Shown one piece after another: positions 36,243-50,400 of a stretch of 64,000 bases of DNA. The stretch covers positions 1-64,000 of the forward strand of contig CDMY01000456.1 in NCBI GenBank assembly GCA_001179505.1, in the 5' to 3' direction. The notes under the pieces are model-generated. The model did not search any database and had not been told where the DNA came from. It saw only the letters and a list, made by a program, of their open reading frames with translations. Every line of letters starts with the position of its first letter. Position 1 is the stretch's first letter. Source of the stretch: Vitrella brassicaformis CCMP3155 (Eukaryota; Protista; Chromerida). A program made the position numbers and the translations under genes.

Positions 36243-38185
36243 ATGAACTACGCCAAGAGCAGGCAAATCGCCAGCCTGCGGCAGATGGTGCCATCAGGTG
36301 CGACCACACAGGCACGCCAGAAGATGCTTATGCTTACCTTTGGCTCATACATGTGTGTGTTGTGTTGTGTGTGCGTGTGTGTGGTTTGGCAGCGGTGTGT
36401 CTGCAGCCCGACGAGAGTCGGTGGCAGGTGCAGCTCGTCAACCAACAGTTCCACACCATCTGCACCCTACAAGTGTAAGCCACAAAGCAGAGGACAGCCA
36501 CGTGGCGTTCGTCACACATTCTCACGCTGCCTGCCTGCCTGCCTGTATGTCTGTCTGTCTGTCTGTGTGTTGTCCATCCTCCATCGCTGTCTGTCAGGCT
36601 GTTGCCGGATCAGTTCCCCTCGGTGGCTCCCCGGATCTCTGTCACAGAGCGCCTCGAGCACCCATGGCTCAACGCAGACCATGTCACTGGGTGGGTGGGT
36701 GGGACATCATACACACACACGCGCGGACAGGCACAAGAATGACGTGCCGATTGCTTTGTCGATACTGCGTGCGTCCGTCCAGTCATCCCGCCCTCCGTTC
36801 GTGGAACCCCCACTGCCATCTGGGCACCGTGGTGTCAGAGATCGTCAAGGAGTTCACCCGCAACCCACCCAGACACACGGCCGGCCCAGCCACGGCGGCG
36901 GCTGCCATCCCCTCGCGAACCACACAACCCGTGGGAGCAGCCAGGTGGGTGTGTGTGAATGAATGAACCACCCAGCACACCAGCAAGAACCTCCCGGTGT
37001 GTTGACTGAGTGTGTTGTCCTTCCTGTTCGTTCGTTGATTCAGTTCGGACCGTTCAGTTGGCGGTGTCCAGCAGCCTCCCCCGCCCCTCTACGGCCAGAG
37101 CGTTTCGCCCCCTGGCACGAGCGGCCCCTCCACGCCCTCCAACCGGCCCCGCACACCACTCCCACCATGCCCAGCTGAGTTCGAACGCGTCAAACAAATG
37201 AGGTAGGATGCGGTGCGGTGCGCCGATCAGTTTTGGATGGCATGGCAACTGTGTGTGGACGGATGGTGTGATGGGTGTGGATCGTCACGTCAGTTTGGCC
37301 GAGTTGGAGTTTTACAAGGACAACCCCAACTGCCTCGATGACCTCATCACCGAGTCAGAGCAGGTCAGAGTCGACAACGAGGGTCTTCGGGTATCCTGTG
37401 TGTGTGCCTGTGAAGTGGATGTGGCATTGGCATGTGGTGTGTGTGCAGCTGCAGCAGTATGCCGCGATGACGAGCGATTTGATCAAGGCCAACGCTGAGG
37501 TCCTCGAGAAGAATCTCGCACGACAGGTGAGTGAGATCGCCGACACGGCAGACACGGGCGCACACACACACCTGTTCTGTGTATGTGTGTGGTCAGCAAG
37601 AGGTTGAGGAGGCCCAGAAGGCCGTCACGGAGAAGTGGACAGCCCTGCAAGCCAGAAAAGCTGAGGTCGGTGACCGCAGAAGACAGACAGACAGGCAGAC
37701 AGCCATGTGTGTGTGTGTGTGTGTGTGTATAGGTTGAGGGGTTGTTGAAGGAGCAGGACGCCCTCATGCAGCGGTTCAACGCCCCCCAGATGGTATCCGC
37801 ATTGGCTGAGGTACGTAGCTACACGCGCACAGACAAGCCTCGGCGCCTCACTCACCTGACTGACGTGTATGTGCCTGCCTGTCTGCCCGTCACACACAGG
37901 AGGCCCGCGCAGACTTCACTGCAGCCGAGGAGGTCAAGCGGGTAAGCAAGCACCAGGAGGCAGGCAGGCAGGCTGAGGGAGGCGTGTGTGTAAGATTGAT
38001 ATGTTGCCTTGTGTCTTGCGTGTTGGCTGGCTGGCTGCATCTGTCGATGGATCGATCACTGGCTGCAGGAGTTGTTCAGCGCTTCGATCGACCTGCACAC
38101 CTTCAAGCGGGCGTACCTGCAGCATCGCAAGGACTTTCATCGCAAGATGGCCAAGAAGGAGAAGCTAGAGAGACAGCAACAGTAG
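36243..38185 (+). CDS. VPS37: ESCRT-I subunit VPS37A-like (N-terminal UEV-like + C-terminal Mod(r) domain)
   Basis: LPDQFPSVAPRISV...HPWL and SWNPHCHLGTVVSEIVKEFTRNPP, then Pro-rich linker, coiled coil and C-terminal FKRAYLQHRKDFHRK. Confidence 0.7.
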
Positions 38186-38741
38186 TCAGTCATCAATCGA
38201 CGAGTGATGATAGTGTGTGGTGTGATACATATAACCTGGCTGGCTGGCTGTCGCTGGCATCGCTGTCGGCTGCACCGCTTCCTCGGCCGATGACACTTAA
38301 GTCGGCATTGGAAGTAATGCAGGCGTCTTCGATGCCGGCCGCAGCCAGCTCTTCCAATGGAGGAGTTCTGAGTTCTGTGTCGGTTGGTTTTTGGCGTGTT
38401 CCATATATACAGACAGACCTCTACATGTGTTTGTGCGGTTTGGTAAAGAGAAGAGGCCTCCGTGTGCAAGTAAGTGTCTTTCCGTGTGTGGCAAGACGAT
38501 GATTTAAACGATGAAGCACTCTTCGATGACTGACTGACTGAATGACGGAATTCACCCAGTCACGTACTTGCTGGTCGTATACAGACATACTGGGCCCGTC
38601 CGTATCAGTGAAGTCTGTTTGTCAGCCATGTCACTGAAGCATGCACTCACACCATACATAGAAAAGTCGATCACAGAGCTGACCAGGTAGGTCATTCGGT
38701 CGTCGATCTCATCGCATCGCGTCACTGACTGACACACATGG

Positions 38742-39500
38742 TCACTCCTCCCCCCCTTCTTCGCCGCCCCCTCCTCGCCTCCTCAACTCAGCCGCACCGA
38801 CGGCAGCCACCTCTGTCGCCTCGCCCATCGAAGACACGGGGCCGTTCATCTGCCCACCACCGCCCGCCGCCTTCTTGCTTCTCCTCTGTGCCGCCCTCTC
38901 CTTGTCCTTCTGCCGCTTCAGCTCCCAGGCCCGCTGTTTCTCCTCGAAAATGATGAAGAGCACCACCTCCATGAGCAGACACACAAAGGCAAAGCAGGCC
39001 GACACGAGCGCCCGCGTGGTGATGCTCTCCACCTCCAAGTAGACGCACAGGTAGTAGCCAGCCAGGAAGGACCCCACCAGGCAAAGGATGAAGTTGCCGG
39101 CGAGGGCGAGGGAGCCCCGGTACTGCTGCACCGTCTCCCCACCCAACACACCGCCACCGCCACCGCCAGCACTCCCACTTGCAGTGACCTTGTGGATGGA
39201 CCGCTGATAGGCCGCCTCCTCCCGCCTCCGTCGGAGTCTGTCCATCTCGCTGAGGTTCTCCTCCCCATCGCCCTCTGTCGACCGCCGCACCACACCTGCA
39301 CCGTCCATCAGCTCGTGCAGCTTGACGTGGTGTCTGGCGGGGAGAGGCGCGTTGTGCTCCTCGACCAGCTGGATAAGATGGTCCAACTCCACTGTAGCAG
39401 GTGTATTCGGAGAGTGTGCCAGGCACTGCCGTGAGGCCGATGATGATTTGCGGAGGAAGGCCCGAATGGGCGGCGTCACCTCGATGAACAACTTCGCCAT
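38742..39500 (-). CDS. V-ATPase ER assembly factor Vma12/TMEM199-like
   Basis: Single exon. LHELMDGA...RLRRRREEAAYQR is followed by two TM helices ending LMEVVLFII. Confidence 0.75.
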   Translation of the reverse strand: MAKLFIEVTPPIRAFLRKSSSASRQCLAHSPNTPATVELDHLIQLVEEHNAPLPARHHVKLHELMDGAGVVRRSTEGDGEENLSEMDRLRRRREEAAYQRSIHKVTASGSAGGGGGGVLGGETVQQYRGSLALAGNFILCLVGSFLAGYYLCVYLEVESITTRALVSACFAFVCLLMEVVLFIIFEEKQRAWELKRQKDKERAAQRRSKKAAGGGGQMNGPVSSMGEATEVAAVGAAELRRRGGGGEEGGEE

Positions 39501-39776
39501 TGCTCGCTGCTCAATGCGTAGGGCCAAGCTGGTGGGAGATCATGCCATCCAGCACTGAGAAGCCTCGAAGTCCCTCCCCTCTCTCCTTCCTCCTCCTTCC
39601 GACTGGACTGCGAGCTTTTTGTTTGCGGCGGAGCGTCTCGGCGTGTGGCTCTCTTCCTTCCCCGCAGCTTACTTGCCTCGTCGGCCCGCCAGCCCACCTC
39701 CCTCGGCACCGCTGAAAACAGCACACAAGGGTCTGCCCCACAACCGTCGCCAGCGTCTGCACCCCTACCACCAACC

Positions 39777-41229
39777 ATGGGAGATAAAGGTGCGTCTGCA
39801 GAGAACCACCACACTCCAGCACTCCACAGCAGCGGCAGCACGAAGTGAAAGGCCGCAATTTCACGTGTTGCTGTGTTTGTGCGGTGGGTGTGTTGTGTGT
39901 GTTGGTGTTGGTCAGGCAAGAAGCCCGAGAAGACCCCGTATTCGTTTCTGATCGATTTTGCGATGGGTGGTGTCTCTGCGGCCATCTCCAAGACGGCCGT
40001 GGCGCCCATAGAGCGCGTCAAGCTGCTGCTCCAGACACAGGACAGCAACCCCGACATCAAGTCAGGCAAAGTGGCCAGATACTCCGGCATCATCAACTGC
40101 TTCACGCGGTGAGTGAGTGACCAACCTACCACAACACACACACACACACACAACACAAGGCACACACGGCACGAGCGGAAGGAGAGAGGCTGTGAATCTA
40201 TGGCTCTTGTCTGTGTGTTCCGTGGTTCGTGGTTTCTGATGCAGTGTGTCAGCTGAGCAGGGCGTTGCGTCGTTTTGGCGCGGCAACTTGGCCAACGTGA
40301 TTCGGTATTTCCCGACGCAGGCCTTCAACTTCGCCTTTAAGGACACGTTCAAGAAGATGTTCCCCAAGTACGACCCCAAGACACAATTCTGGCAGTTCTT
40401 CGGCGCCAACCTGGCGAGCGGCGGGGCGGCCGGCGCCGCCTCACTCCTCATCGTCTACCCCCTCGACTACGCGCGGACGCGACTCGCCGCCGACGTGGGC
40501 AAGGGCGACGCCCGGGAGTTCACGGGGCTGGTGGACTGCCTCGTCAAGACGGCCAAGAACAGCGGCCCCATGTCGCTGTACCAGGGGTTCGGCGTGAGCG
40601 TCCAGGGCATCATCGTGTACCGGGGTGCGTACTTCGGCCTCTACGACTCGGCCAAGGGCATGATCTTCAAGGACGAAAAGAAGGCCAACGTCCTCTTCAA
40701 GTGGGCCGTCGCACAGGTATAGTCAGTCAGCCACTCACTCACTCACTCACTGAGGGAGGGAGGGAGGGAGGGAGGGGGAAGAAGCACAGCACATCGCAGC
40801 GCAGCGCAGCTCACTCCCTGTTTGTTTGTGTCCTTCCTCCCCCTCTCTGTGTTGTGTGTGTGTTGTTCACTCAGACTGTGACAGCGCTGGCAGGTGTGAT
40901 CTCCTACCCGTTCGACACGGTCCGTCGTCGCATGATGATGATGGCTGGCAAGAAGGCGGGCGAGGCCAAGCAGTACTCGGGCACCATCGACTGCTGGCGC
41001 AAAATTGCAGCGGAGGAGGGCATGCCCGCCTTCTTCAAGGCAACCAACACAACCACACACACACACACCCAAACAGACCAGACGCACACACACACATGTA
41101 CCTACCGTACCTCTATGTGTGTGTGTGTGTCTGTCGTGTGTGTAGGGTGCTGCTTCGAATGTGTTGCGAGGTGCTGGCGGTGCGTTCGTGCTGGTGCTCT
41201 ACGACGAGCTCAAGAAACTCGTCGGATAA
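39777..41229 (+). CDS. AAC: Mitochondrial ADP/ATP carrier
   Basis: [40 protein letters not shown] and the RRRMMM signature. The last intron is GC-AG (41040-41145). Confidence 0.97.
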
Positions 41230-42591
41230 AGCACACCACACACATACACACACACACACACACAAACACACAAGCACACACCATCCGTGGGTCGGTCGGT
41301 CGGCAAGCTGCGGGGAAGAGGAGAGGGGCGGGGGCTGGTTATATGTATGTACCACTCACTCACCATCTTTTTGTCTCTGTCAGTCAGTCAGTCAACTTGC
41401 ATTCGTTAGTCGGTTCACGGAGTGGGGGCGAAGTATATCTATCGTCCGTCTGTCCGTCTGTCTGTCTGGCTCCCCCGCTCCCTTGCTTGGTCGATCCATC
41501 ACAATCGATGGGACAGGACAGACACTATCAGATCTATAGAGAGATTCATTCGTATTACGCGTGAGCGGATAATTGGATTGCATGTGTGTGTGTGTGGATG
41601 GATGGATGGACGGATGGATGGATTCTTTCTCTCTCCTCTGTGTTCGCGTCGGTGCGTCTGCGTGTGTGCTTGCACTGCACGAGTGTGTGAGTTTGTGTGA
41701 GAATGCCTATACGCACGGCCCTGCACGGCTTCCCTCGACCGCGCCTCCAATCAACCAGTGAGGCCTGAACGGTTTGTCACGTGGACTGGCTGTCGTCCCA
41801 CCAGACGGCAGTCACGACACGTGACAGGCTGTTTGTTGTGTCGCTGGTTGACTGTGGGGTGGGTGGGGTCGACTGGCTGGGCTGACTTTGGCGGCGATTG
41901 ACGGCGAGAGAATACTGAGAGACACCTACCCTACCTAGGGCAGAGAGAGCAGGCAGGGCTGTAGCTCGTGTTTGAACCCCTTCACTCACTTCATCGGCAT
42001 GGCTGGCTGGATATTGCGGGCTCTTGCCGCTTTGCTTTGTGGCAGGCAGGCAGGCAGGCCACCCACCTCATGTGTGCGCAAGAAAGGTATTGACTGTTTT
42101 TCCACTACAGCTGGCTGGCCAGGCATTCTTTGACGCGATTGCGGGAGCCGGCCGGCCTGCCAGCCATCTACTTGACTGATTGGATTGCGAGTCTGGTTTA
42201 TCAAGCCCTGGCCAGAAATGCTACCCCCTGCTACCTGCTGAGTTTCCTGAGTACGCTGACAGAGAGATGGGGGGGGAGACATCGAAGGGCTGGCTAACTT
42301 GCTCGTGGATGGATGGATGTCTTGTGTGCGTGGGCGTGTGAGTGTGGATGTGTGGATGTATCGGTCTGTGTGCGTGTGGACGAGAGCGACTAACCTACCT
42401 CCCTACCTGCCTCGTTGTGGTTTAAATCATGTCCTCTTGCCATGCCGTGGACAGACAGACCAACGGAACGAAACGAGCGCACTTTCACCTCACCAAGACA
42501 CAAACACATCCACCATCCATCCACGAGTCGAGTCTCGCCACACACACTGTAGGTACAATCTCAGTCAGACACGAACATCAGCAGCGCTCGC

Positions 42592-45500
42592 TCACTGATG
42601 GTGCGGCTGCTGCATCATGGTCACGCCGTAGCCGCCCTCCCCCCTCTCCCCCCTCTCCCCCCTGTCATAGTCATCAAACCGGAACGGCGCTGCCGTCAGC
42701 CCCAGGCCGCCCGCCTCGTCCCCACGCACCCTCACACCGCCTACACCACCGCCGTCATTGAGGGACGGCAGGCGGCCGTAGATGTCATCGATGGTGGAGG
42801 GCCTGTCTCTGTCTGAGTCTGTGAGTGGCGGGAAGGCGCCGCCCTCATCCTCTTCAAGCAACGTCCGAATCAGCTCCCTGTTGCGCCTGCAACACACACG
42901 CACAGTGGGGTGGATCACAGGACACTGGTTGGTTGTGGTGTTGTGTAGGTCGACTGAGACTGACGCCTCGATGGTGTCTGGTTCGAAAGTGCATTCGGCC
43001 TCCTTTTGTTTCTCTGCCTCGAGCGCCTTCTGCAGCCGGTCGCGGCGGGAGCGGAACTCGGCTGACTCCTGTCGGTAAGACGGATGGGCACACCAGGCAC
43101 ACACAAATACACACACACATACGGATGCATCAAATGGGTGTGGTGTGTCCCTCGCTTACTGACCGTCTGGAAGGAGAATGGTCGTGGCACAGTGCAGCCC
43201 CCTCCGCCGTGGCCCTCGCGACGCCTCGCACCACCTGAACAAAGGGGATAGAGGATTTTGGGGCATGTGTGTGCTCGAGGTGTGATGGCGTGTCCACCGC
43301 GTGCGTACCGAAGACCTCTTCGTATCTGAGTTTCTTGTCTTCCTCCTGCCGCTTGGCCATGTCCTTGAGCTCCATGAAGCGACCGAAGCCACGAACCGAC
43401 ACACGACGCTCGGACCCTGCAAAACACACACACGTACATCCAATCTATCACATGATGCCTGCCTGCCTGAAAGGGGTTCACAGTGCGTGTGCGTGGCGTA
43501 CCTTCTGTGGGCGGTGGCGGGCCGACTTTGGGCTTGAACGTGCACGCCTCCAGCTCAGCCGCCTCCCTACGTGGACACACAGACACACACACACACGGAG
43601 GGTGAGAGTGTCCCCCACAGAAGAGAACGGCACAGCACAGCAGGGCACATCACATCACATCGTCTGTCTCCCTACCTCCTTCGTCTTTCCTCTTGGATTC
43701 TTTGCTGTTTGATGTCCTCCTGCCGGCGGATCTCATCCATCAAACTCTACACACACACACACGCAGACAGACGACGTCAGATAGATGCGGTGCGATTGGT
43801 GCAGCGAATGCAATGCGTGTGTTCTGCTCACTCACCGTGGAGTTGGCGTACTTCGACCTCAGGCGTCCGTATTTGCCGGCACCGTCTGCGCTCATCAGGG
43901 AGGGCCGAAACTGGTCCTGCTGCTGCCGCTGCTCAGCTGCTGCCGCTGCCGCTGCTGCTGCTGCTGCTGCTGCCGCATGTGCGTGCCGGCTGGCAGGGGG
44001 GGCCCTGAAGGAAAAAAATGCAACAAGCAACAGTATGCCCCTTGTACAAGTGGCTTTTGCCCCCACTTGTTTTCGATGATGTCAGTGAGGGTCCTGTCGG
44101 CCGCAAGAGTGCGGCTGTGCTGACAAGAGAATGATGCAGAGCGTCCCCCCATCCCTCCGTCATGACTCACTCGTGTGGATGGATGGATGGATGGTGAGTG
44201 GCTCGGCTCACCAGGCTGATTTGCGGTTTGAAAGTGCAGTCGCTCGGGGGCTCGGCCGACATCGGCCTTCGGGGCACCTGAACACACGCACACGCCACGC
44301 CCCACAATATGTATCGGCGTGTCGGTTGTGAGTGGATGCATGCCGAGCCGAGTGTGAGCTGACTTGACCCGGGTACCCTTTGTGCGAGTCTCCTTATCCT
44401 CTCCTCGGGCGTCTCGGCTATGCGCTGAGGAGTGGAACCGACACACATGAATGAATGGGTGCGGCGTGTGAGGTGGTGAGGTGCGTCCATGGCCGTCCGT
44501 GCCATCCATACACACCTGCGGGTCATAGGCCACTAGTGTCTCCGATGCGGCCGACACTCGGGGCTGGAACGTGAACTGAGATGCCTGGAAGGAAGGAATG
44601 GATAGACAGATAGACAGATAGATGCATGAAATCCACCCACATCCTCCATCACATTACACTACATTAATTAGCATCTCTGGTCTGTCTGGGGCATGGCATG
44701 CAATGCATACGATTTCGCTCTGCATCTGGCTGAGCTTGGCCTGACGCAGCTGCGCAAACTGCTCCTGCCTGAAGGTCCACACAAGCCACTCAAAACAAGG
44801 ACAAATTTTGGTTGGTCTGGCTGGCTGGCTGGCTGGCTGGCTGGTCTCTCTGTCTGCGTGTCGTGTCGGTACCGTACCTCCTGAGGAAGTTTTCATTTGT
44901 CGCCTGCGAGAGGACAGAGGGGGCCTCGAGGGAATCTGACAGACACAGAAGCGCACCGCTCCCTCGTAGTGTCTGTGTGTGTTTGTGTGAATGTGTGCTG
45001 CATGGGATGGCATCGGCATGTGGGTGCGCAGCGGACCTGGCGCCCCGGCAGCATTGTGGGGCATGCGGTGCAGCAGCTGGCACTCCTTGGCCTGGCTGGC
45101 CTTGATCAGACGCTCCTCCACCGGCATGCACAACTCGGTGTTCTGCCAAGTGGATTGGATGGATGGATGGATGGATAAAAAAACACCCACCCACCCGTTC
45201 TCTCCTTTGTTGAATGATTTTCTCGCTTCTGGGGTCGATGTCTGGGTGGAAGGTGTACACAGAACGTCGCTCACGCTCAACCTGACAGACACATACACAA
45301 TGAATGACTCGATCCGATCCATGACCCGGTCCGTGATCGATTCGTCTACTGCTGGCCGGCTGGCGTACCTACCTGCAGTTTCTTCTCGTGCAACGCCTCC
45401 CGCTTCTGCTGCACGACCTCCGCCAGCTGACCACACGCACAGCACAGCAGACCAGAAGTATGGACGACTGACAGTATGTCTGTCTGTCCGTCCGTCCGTC

Positions 45501-47295
45501 CGTTGCTGCTATGCTTTTCCCACCCTTGTGTGGATCGGCGGGCGGCTGTACGCCACGGGATGGTCGCGAGTCTGTAGACCGACACACACATAGATATGCT
45601 CTGCACACTGACTATGGTTTCTGCCACTCACTCACCTCTGGCCTGAATGGGTGCTTCGTGAGCTGCTCCCGCTCCAGCAGCTCCTTGGCCTTCTGACGCA
45701 CCATCAAACGCTTGTCTGCACACATACACACATGAACACACAGACACACACACAGACAGACGGACAGACAGACAGACAGACAGCCGAAGGGATGGGAGGC
45801 CTTACACACCAACACATACACACACGTTTGGCATGACGGATTGGGTGCTTTACCGGCTTCATGGTGCAGCCGATCGGCCAGTGGGAGCCTCTGATGCGGC
45901 CGCAACCTGACCGACAAACACACACAGAGAGACAGAAATTGCATATCATTGTGCAGCGTTCGTTGTGCCAGCTGCGTCCGTCCATCACGTCTGAGCGTAT
46001 TGGGTCGACTTGGGGTTGACTTGGGGGTGGAATGAACACTGGGCCAGCTGCACAACAACCATGGATGATAGCGCGTTCTGTGGTCAGTCGGTGTGTCCGT
46101 ACCTCCAGCTGGTCCTTCTCAGCCTTCATCCTATTCCGCCGCTGCATCGCCTGATGGTGCCTGATGCGTGGATGGATGGATGGACCAATAAATGAGCGAA
46201 TGGACGATACCGACACACACACACAGTGAGGTGATGAGCAGCCTCCTCTCTCTCCCCATTCACCTCTTCAGCAGCGTGGCCACGTGTGCCTCGACCTCCT
46301 CGGGGGCCGCCTTGCGCACAACACGAACCGCGACATTATCGTCACTGTCGGGCGGGCCGCGGGGTGGTACCATCCCACCAGAAGACCCCCTGACCGACGA
46401 CCATACATACAAAAGAAGCACACATGGAGGACAGCATCTGCGAATGGCGTGCATCTTTCTCACCGTTCTCTCCCCCTTGATGCCGTCCGCAGCCCCGGCG
46501 GCCCCGCGGGAGGTCGGCCCCTCACTGTACCCCTCACCCTAATGGAACTATCAAACTGTCCCGGCCCCCCCTGCACCTCCCGCATGGCCTCCTCCAGCAG
46601 CTCCTCCACCGATATGTTGAGCTCGCCAGCCAACTCTATAATGCTCTCCCCATCAGCAGAGCTCACCAGTTGCAACAGAGAAGGCGCCGGGGCGTCCATT
46701 GCTTGATGCCGGCGAGCAGCTGCCGGGACGGATTGAGGACGGTGGTGGGCTGCTGTTGCTGCTGGTGGTGGCGACGAGACCTCCTTCTCCTCTCCCCTGG
46801 TCGTGAGATGAGTTTCATCATCCACCCGGGCGTGCCCGTGGTCCTTCTGCGCCTCTTGCCTTTCGATGCGCTGCCGTCTGTCCTCGAGCAGCGTCTCGAC
46901 GATGTCCTCCTTGGTGCGCCCCGAGTCGCTGCGGAAGGGAGAGGGAGAGGCCGGCTGGGGAGGGGAGCATCCGAACCGCTCTATCAGCTGCCGACGCCGC
47001 TCTTGCGAGAAACGCAGAAGCTCCTCCGGATCTAGACTCGACAACGCCGGGATGGAGGGACGACGGTCTGACACACAACCAATTACCAACACATTCATTG
47101 CAAATGCGGCGTGTCCTAAGTGTTTATTTCATTGAGCAGAAAGGAATGGATACCTGCAGGCAAGCTAAGCTTACCGGGTGATGACGATGGTGCATCGATG
47201 CGCGAGTACCGGCCCAATTCCGCCGCCCCTGCCTGCTGCAGATACCGCTCTGCATCATCCAGCTCTCGCTCTGCACTCGCCAACGGATCACTCAT
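42592..47295 (-). CDS. Large multi-exon coiled-coil protein with repeated (E/D)CTF(K/H/E)P motifs
   Basis: VLCTFHPDID, SDCTFKPQI, EACTFKPKV, ECTFEPDT, KHPFRPE and VPRPFSF recur between charged helices. It starts MSDPLASAERELDDAERYL. Confidence 0.7.
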
Positions 47296-47478
47296 GCTCC
47301 ACCTGGCCTAGCTACCGCATGAAAGAGCTATGTTGTGCTGCTGTCCTTTCCTTTTTGGAGCGAGCTTTCTTGCTCGAAGCTCGCAGCTGATGTCCTTTTT
47401 CCTTTCCCTCTCTTCTCCTCTCGCTGTGGTCGACAACAGAGCAGAACGCGTTCGTTCATCTGTCCATCAGATCCATAT

Positions 47479-50400
47479 ATGTGGAGATCTGGTCCGTGGC
47501 CAGGGTGTGTGGCTGCGGCTGCGGCGGTTGGCCTCCTTCTGTGGCACCTCGCCCATGCGCAGAAGCAGGCGCCCATCGAGTGGGACGACGTCGAGGTGGA
47601 CAGCTCACCGTCAGTAGCCATTGAGGAGGGAAAACGTAAGCAGCTGGCATGGATGGACGGCTTCCACTTGTCTGGCTGGGATGGATGGTGGCGAGTCTGT
47701 GTGTGTGGTGCGTCCGTCCATTGTCAATCAGCGTTGAAGGGGTGCAGCTGCGACTTGAGTCCGTCGCTGTGCGATGCCAACTGCTGCTGCGACCCTGACT
47801 GCACAAGGGCCATCAGGGTACACACACATAACATACAGCTGGGGCAGACGTCATGGAGCCAAACAAACAGTCGGTGGTTTGTGTGCAGGATTCGTTCAGT
47901 GGCTGTGTGCGCGAGACGCTGCCAAAGGAGGAGCGGCAGTACTGCTATGCGAGAGAGCTCATCCACAAGGCCAACCGGCGGAGGAACTTCGATGTCGTCA
48001 CGGTCTGCCAGGGGGGATGATGATCTGATCAGGAGGGCCCGTGTTGCGTTGCGTATGTGTGCCATTAATGCATTGCGTCTGTGTGCAGGACTCGATGTAT
48101 GATGTGCTGTGCATCGAGATTGACAATGATCCATCCACGGGCGTCTTCTACACAAACGAAGAAAGGGTAGGTAGGGTAGGTGGCTGCGAAGCGAATGCGT
48201 GTGTGTATGTGTATGGGGTGGTCTCTGTTTGTTTCCTCCTCCAGCGCAGCACGACTGACCTCTACAGCATCTACAGCGACCAAAGTACGTCCATACGCGC
48301 CCGCGGCAAGGAATGCAATGCCCCCCCTCTCACTCACCACTCGTCTGTCTGCCTGTGTGTTTTTTGTATGTCAGATGTGAAGCGACTGTCCGATTCGGGT
48401 GCCGACCTGCCCTATTGGAGCTTCAAGGATCCAGACGCACCTTACAAAGTTAGCAAACGCGTGACGCAATACAGGTCGACACCCGCACCCACAAATGCAC
48501 GTAGGTTGGGGAGCCTGTTGTGGTGGGCGTCAATGTTGGCGGCACCAACACATTCAAAGCCAGCTTCACACTGCCACAGGGGTATGCATGCCATCCGTAT
48601 GCAAACCACCATCTCCCGCTCGCCCTCCTCCTCCCATCCCCTCTCTCTGCCTGTCTGTCTGTCGGTGTGTGTACCAGTTCCCTGTCAGGTGAATGCTCCG
48701 ACGGTGGGGGTGTGCCAGTGGGTTTCCTGGCCTCACATGGCGGCCCCACTGACGGCGGCCGTCTCGAGACCGGGGGCCTGCTCTACAGCCGAGACGCACT
48801 CCCGCCCTCTGACTTCGCATCGCCCTCCTCGCCATCCTCGCCATTCCAGCGACACACATGCTGGAGATCATTCGTAAGCCAACCACGGCCGGGCCGGCTG
48901 TTCTGGTGGGGGCTCCTGCCTCCCTCCCTGAAAGTATGTGATGTGTTTCGACAGAGCCACATGGGTGAGGACGTGTGCAAGTCTGCGCTGGGCCCGTGGC
49001 TGAATGTCCGTCTGGCGCCGCTGCCTGCGTCTCCCCTCTATAATGCGACCGCATGGCCACAACTCACCGTGCGAAGCATCAAGGTGCGATGCAGACACAC
49101 ACGCGCCCGCCGTCATATAATGCATCATTGTCACTCATTGACGCATTCAGGAGCGTGACTTGAGCACGGGCGCTGAGCGTGTGTGGGAGCAGACAGAGGT
49201 GGACCAGTACGTCAGCGGCGGTGGACCAACCTGGGAGACATCAGGGTCGAATGGTACATAGACATACATAGCCGTGTCGGTACTCAAGAGAGAGGCCGTG
49301 TGCTCATCTGTCTGTTCCCCTCTGTCTGTGTGTGCGTCTGTCTGTATGTGTGCAGACACCGACGCCCTCTGCTCATGCACTGGTGTCGTGCTGGAGGTGA
49401 TGAGAAAGGAGACAGACGTGAAGAGCAAACAGATAGACGAATTCCCCTCACTTATTCTGGTGGCTGCTGGCCTGGCCTGGCCTTGTGTGTTTTCTTGATC
49501 CAATCTGTCTGCCTGTCAGCAAGTGATAGTGATATACTACAACACTGCTCGAGGGCAGGCGATAGGGTGGGAGGCCAACCTTACGGTCGCCACCATCTCC
49601 GATGCCAACTGCCAGCCTAACGCACTCGGCGTCGTCTCGGCGGCCGTCCCACAAACATTCGCGGTTGCATTCTTCCCTACTGAAGACACGGTCAGCACAA
49701 AGACAGACAACAACGAGAAGACATAAAATGTATCATGTCTGTCTCCCTCATGTCATGTGTTGTGTTGTGTGATTGCTGACCAGACCGCCCCCGCGACTCC
49801 TCCATCTTTCCCCATCCAGCGATCCGGCAACCCAGGATACAGGCATGCACTGCACGCACATGCATCAACATAACAGCCATTTATCTCCTCCATGCGATGC
49901 GTGTGTGTCTATATGCGTCCTCTCGTAGGTTGGGATATCCGTTGCGTGCGGGCACCTTCACGACCGGCCCGTCGCTGAACAAGCAGGCGGTGAGCCTCCA
50001 GGTGGACGAGTACGGCACCGCGGGGGCGTTCCTGCTGGGCATCGGACCCAATGGCGAGTGCCTCGACACCAGCACCCCGCAGCAGGAGCTCTGGAGCAAC
50101 AGACGGGTTCGTCAAGGGCCGGGGGCTCGCACATTCCGACGGACGGACATATGGCTGGCTTGTGTTGTGTAGGTGATAGCCTTTGGCGAGAACGCGGCAT
50201 ACAGCTGCCGACTGAGCCTCAACGAACAGGTAAGGTAACTAACGGACAGAAACAGAAAGAGAGAGCCGTCACCCGCCCGCCAATGGCATGGGGCTGCGCC
50301 CCATGTACTTACACGCAGGAGCTATCGAGCTTGTGTTCGGGGGACAGCAGCCTTGCTGGAAGGTATCGACTGCTGAAGCCTTCATTCGACGCCGTGGTGG

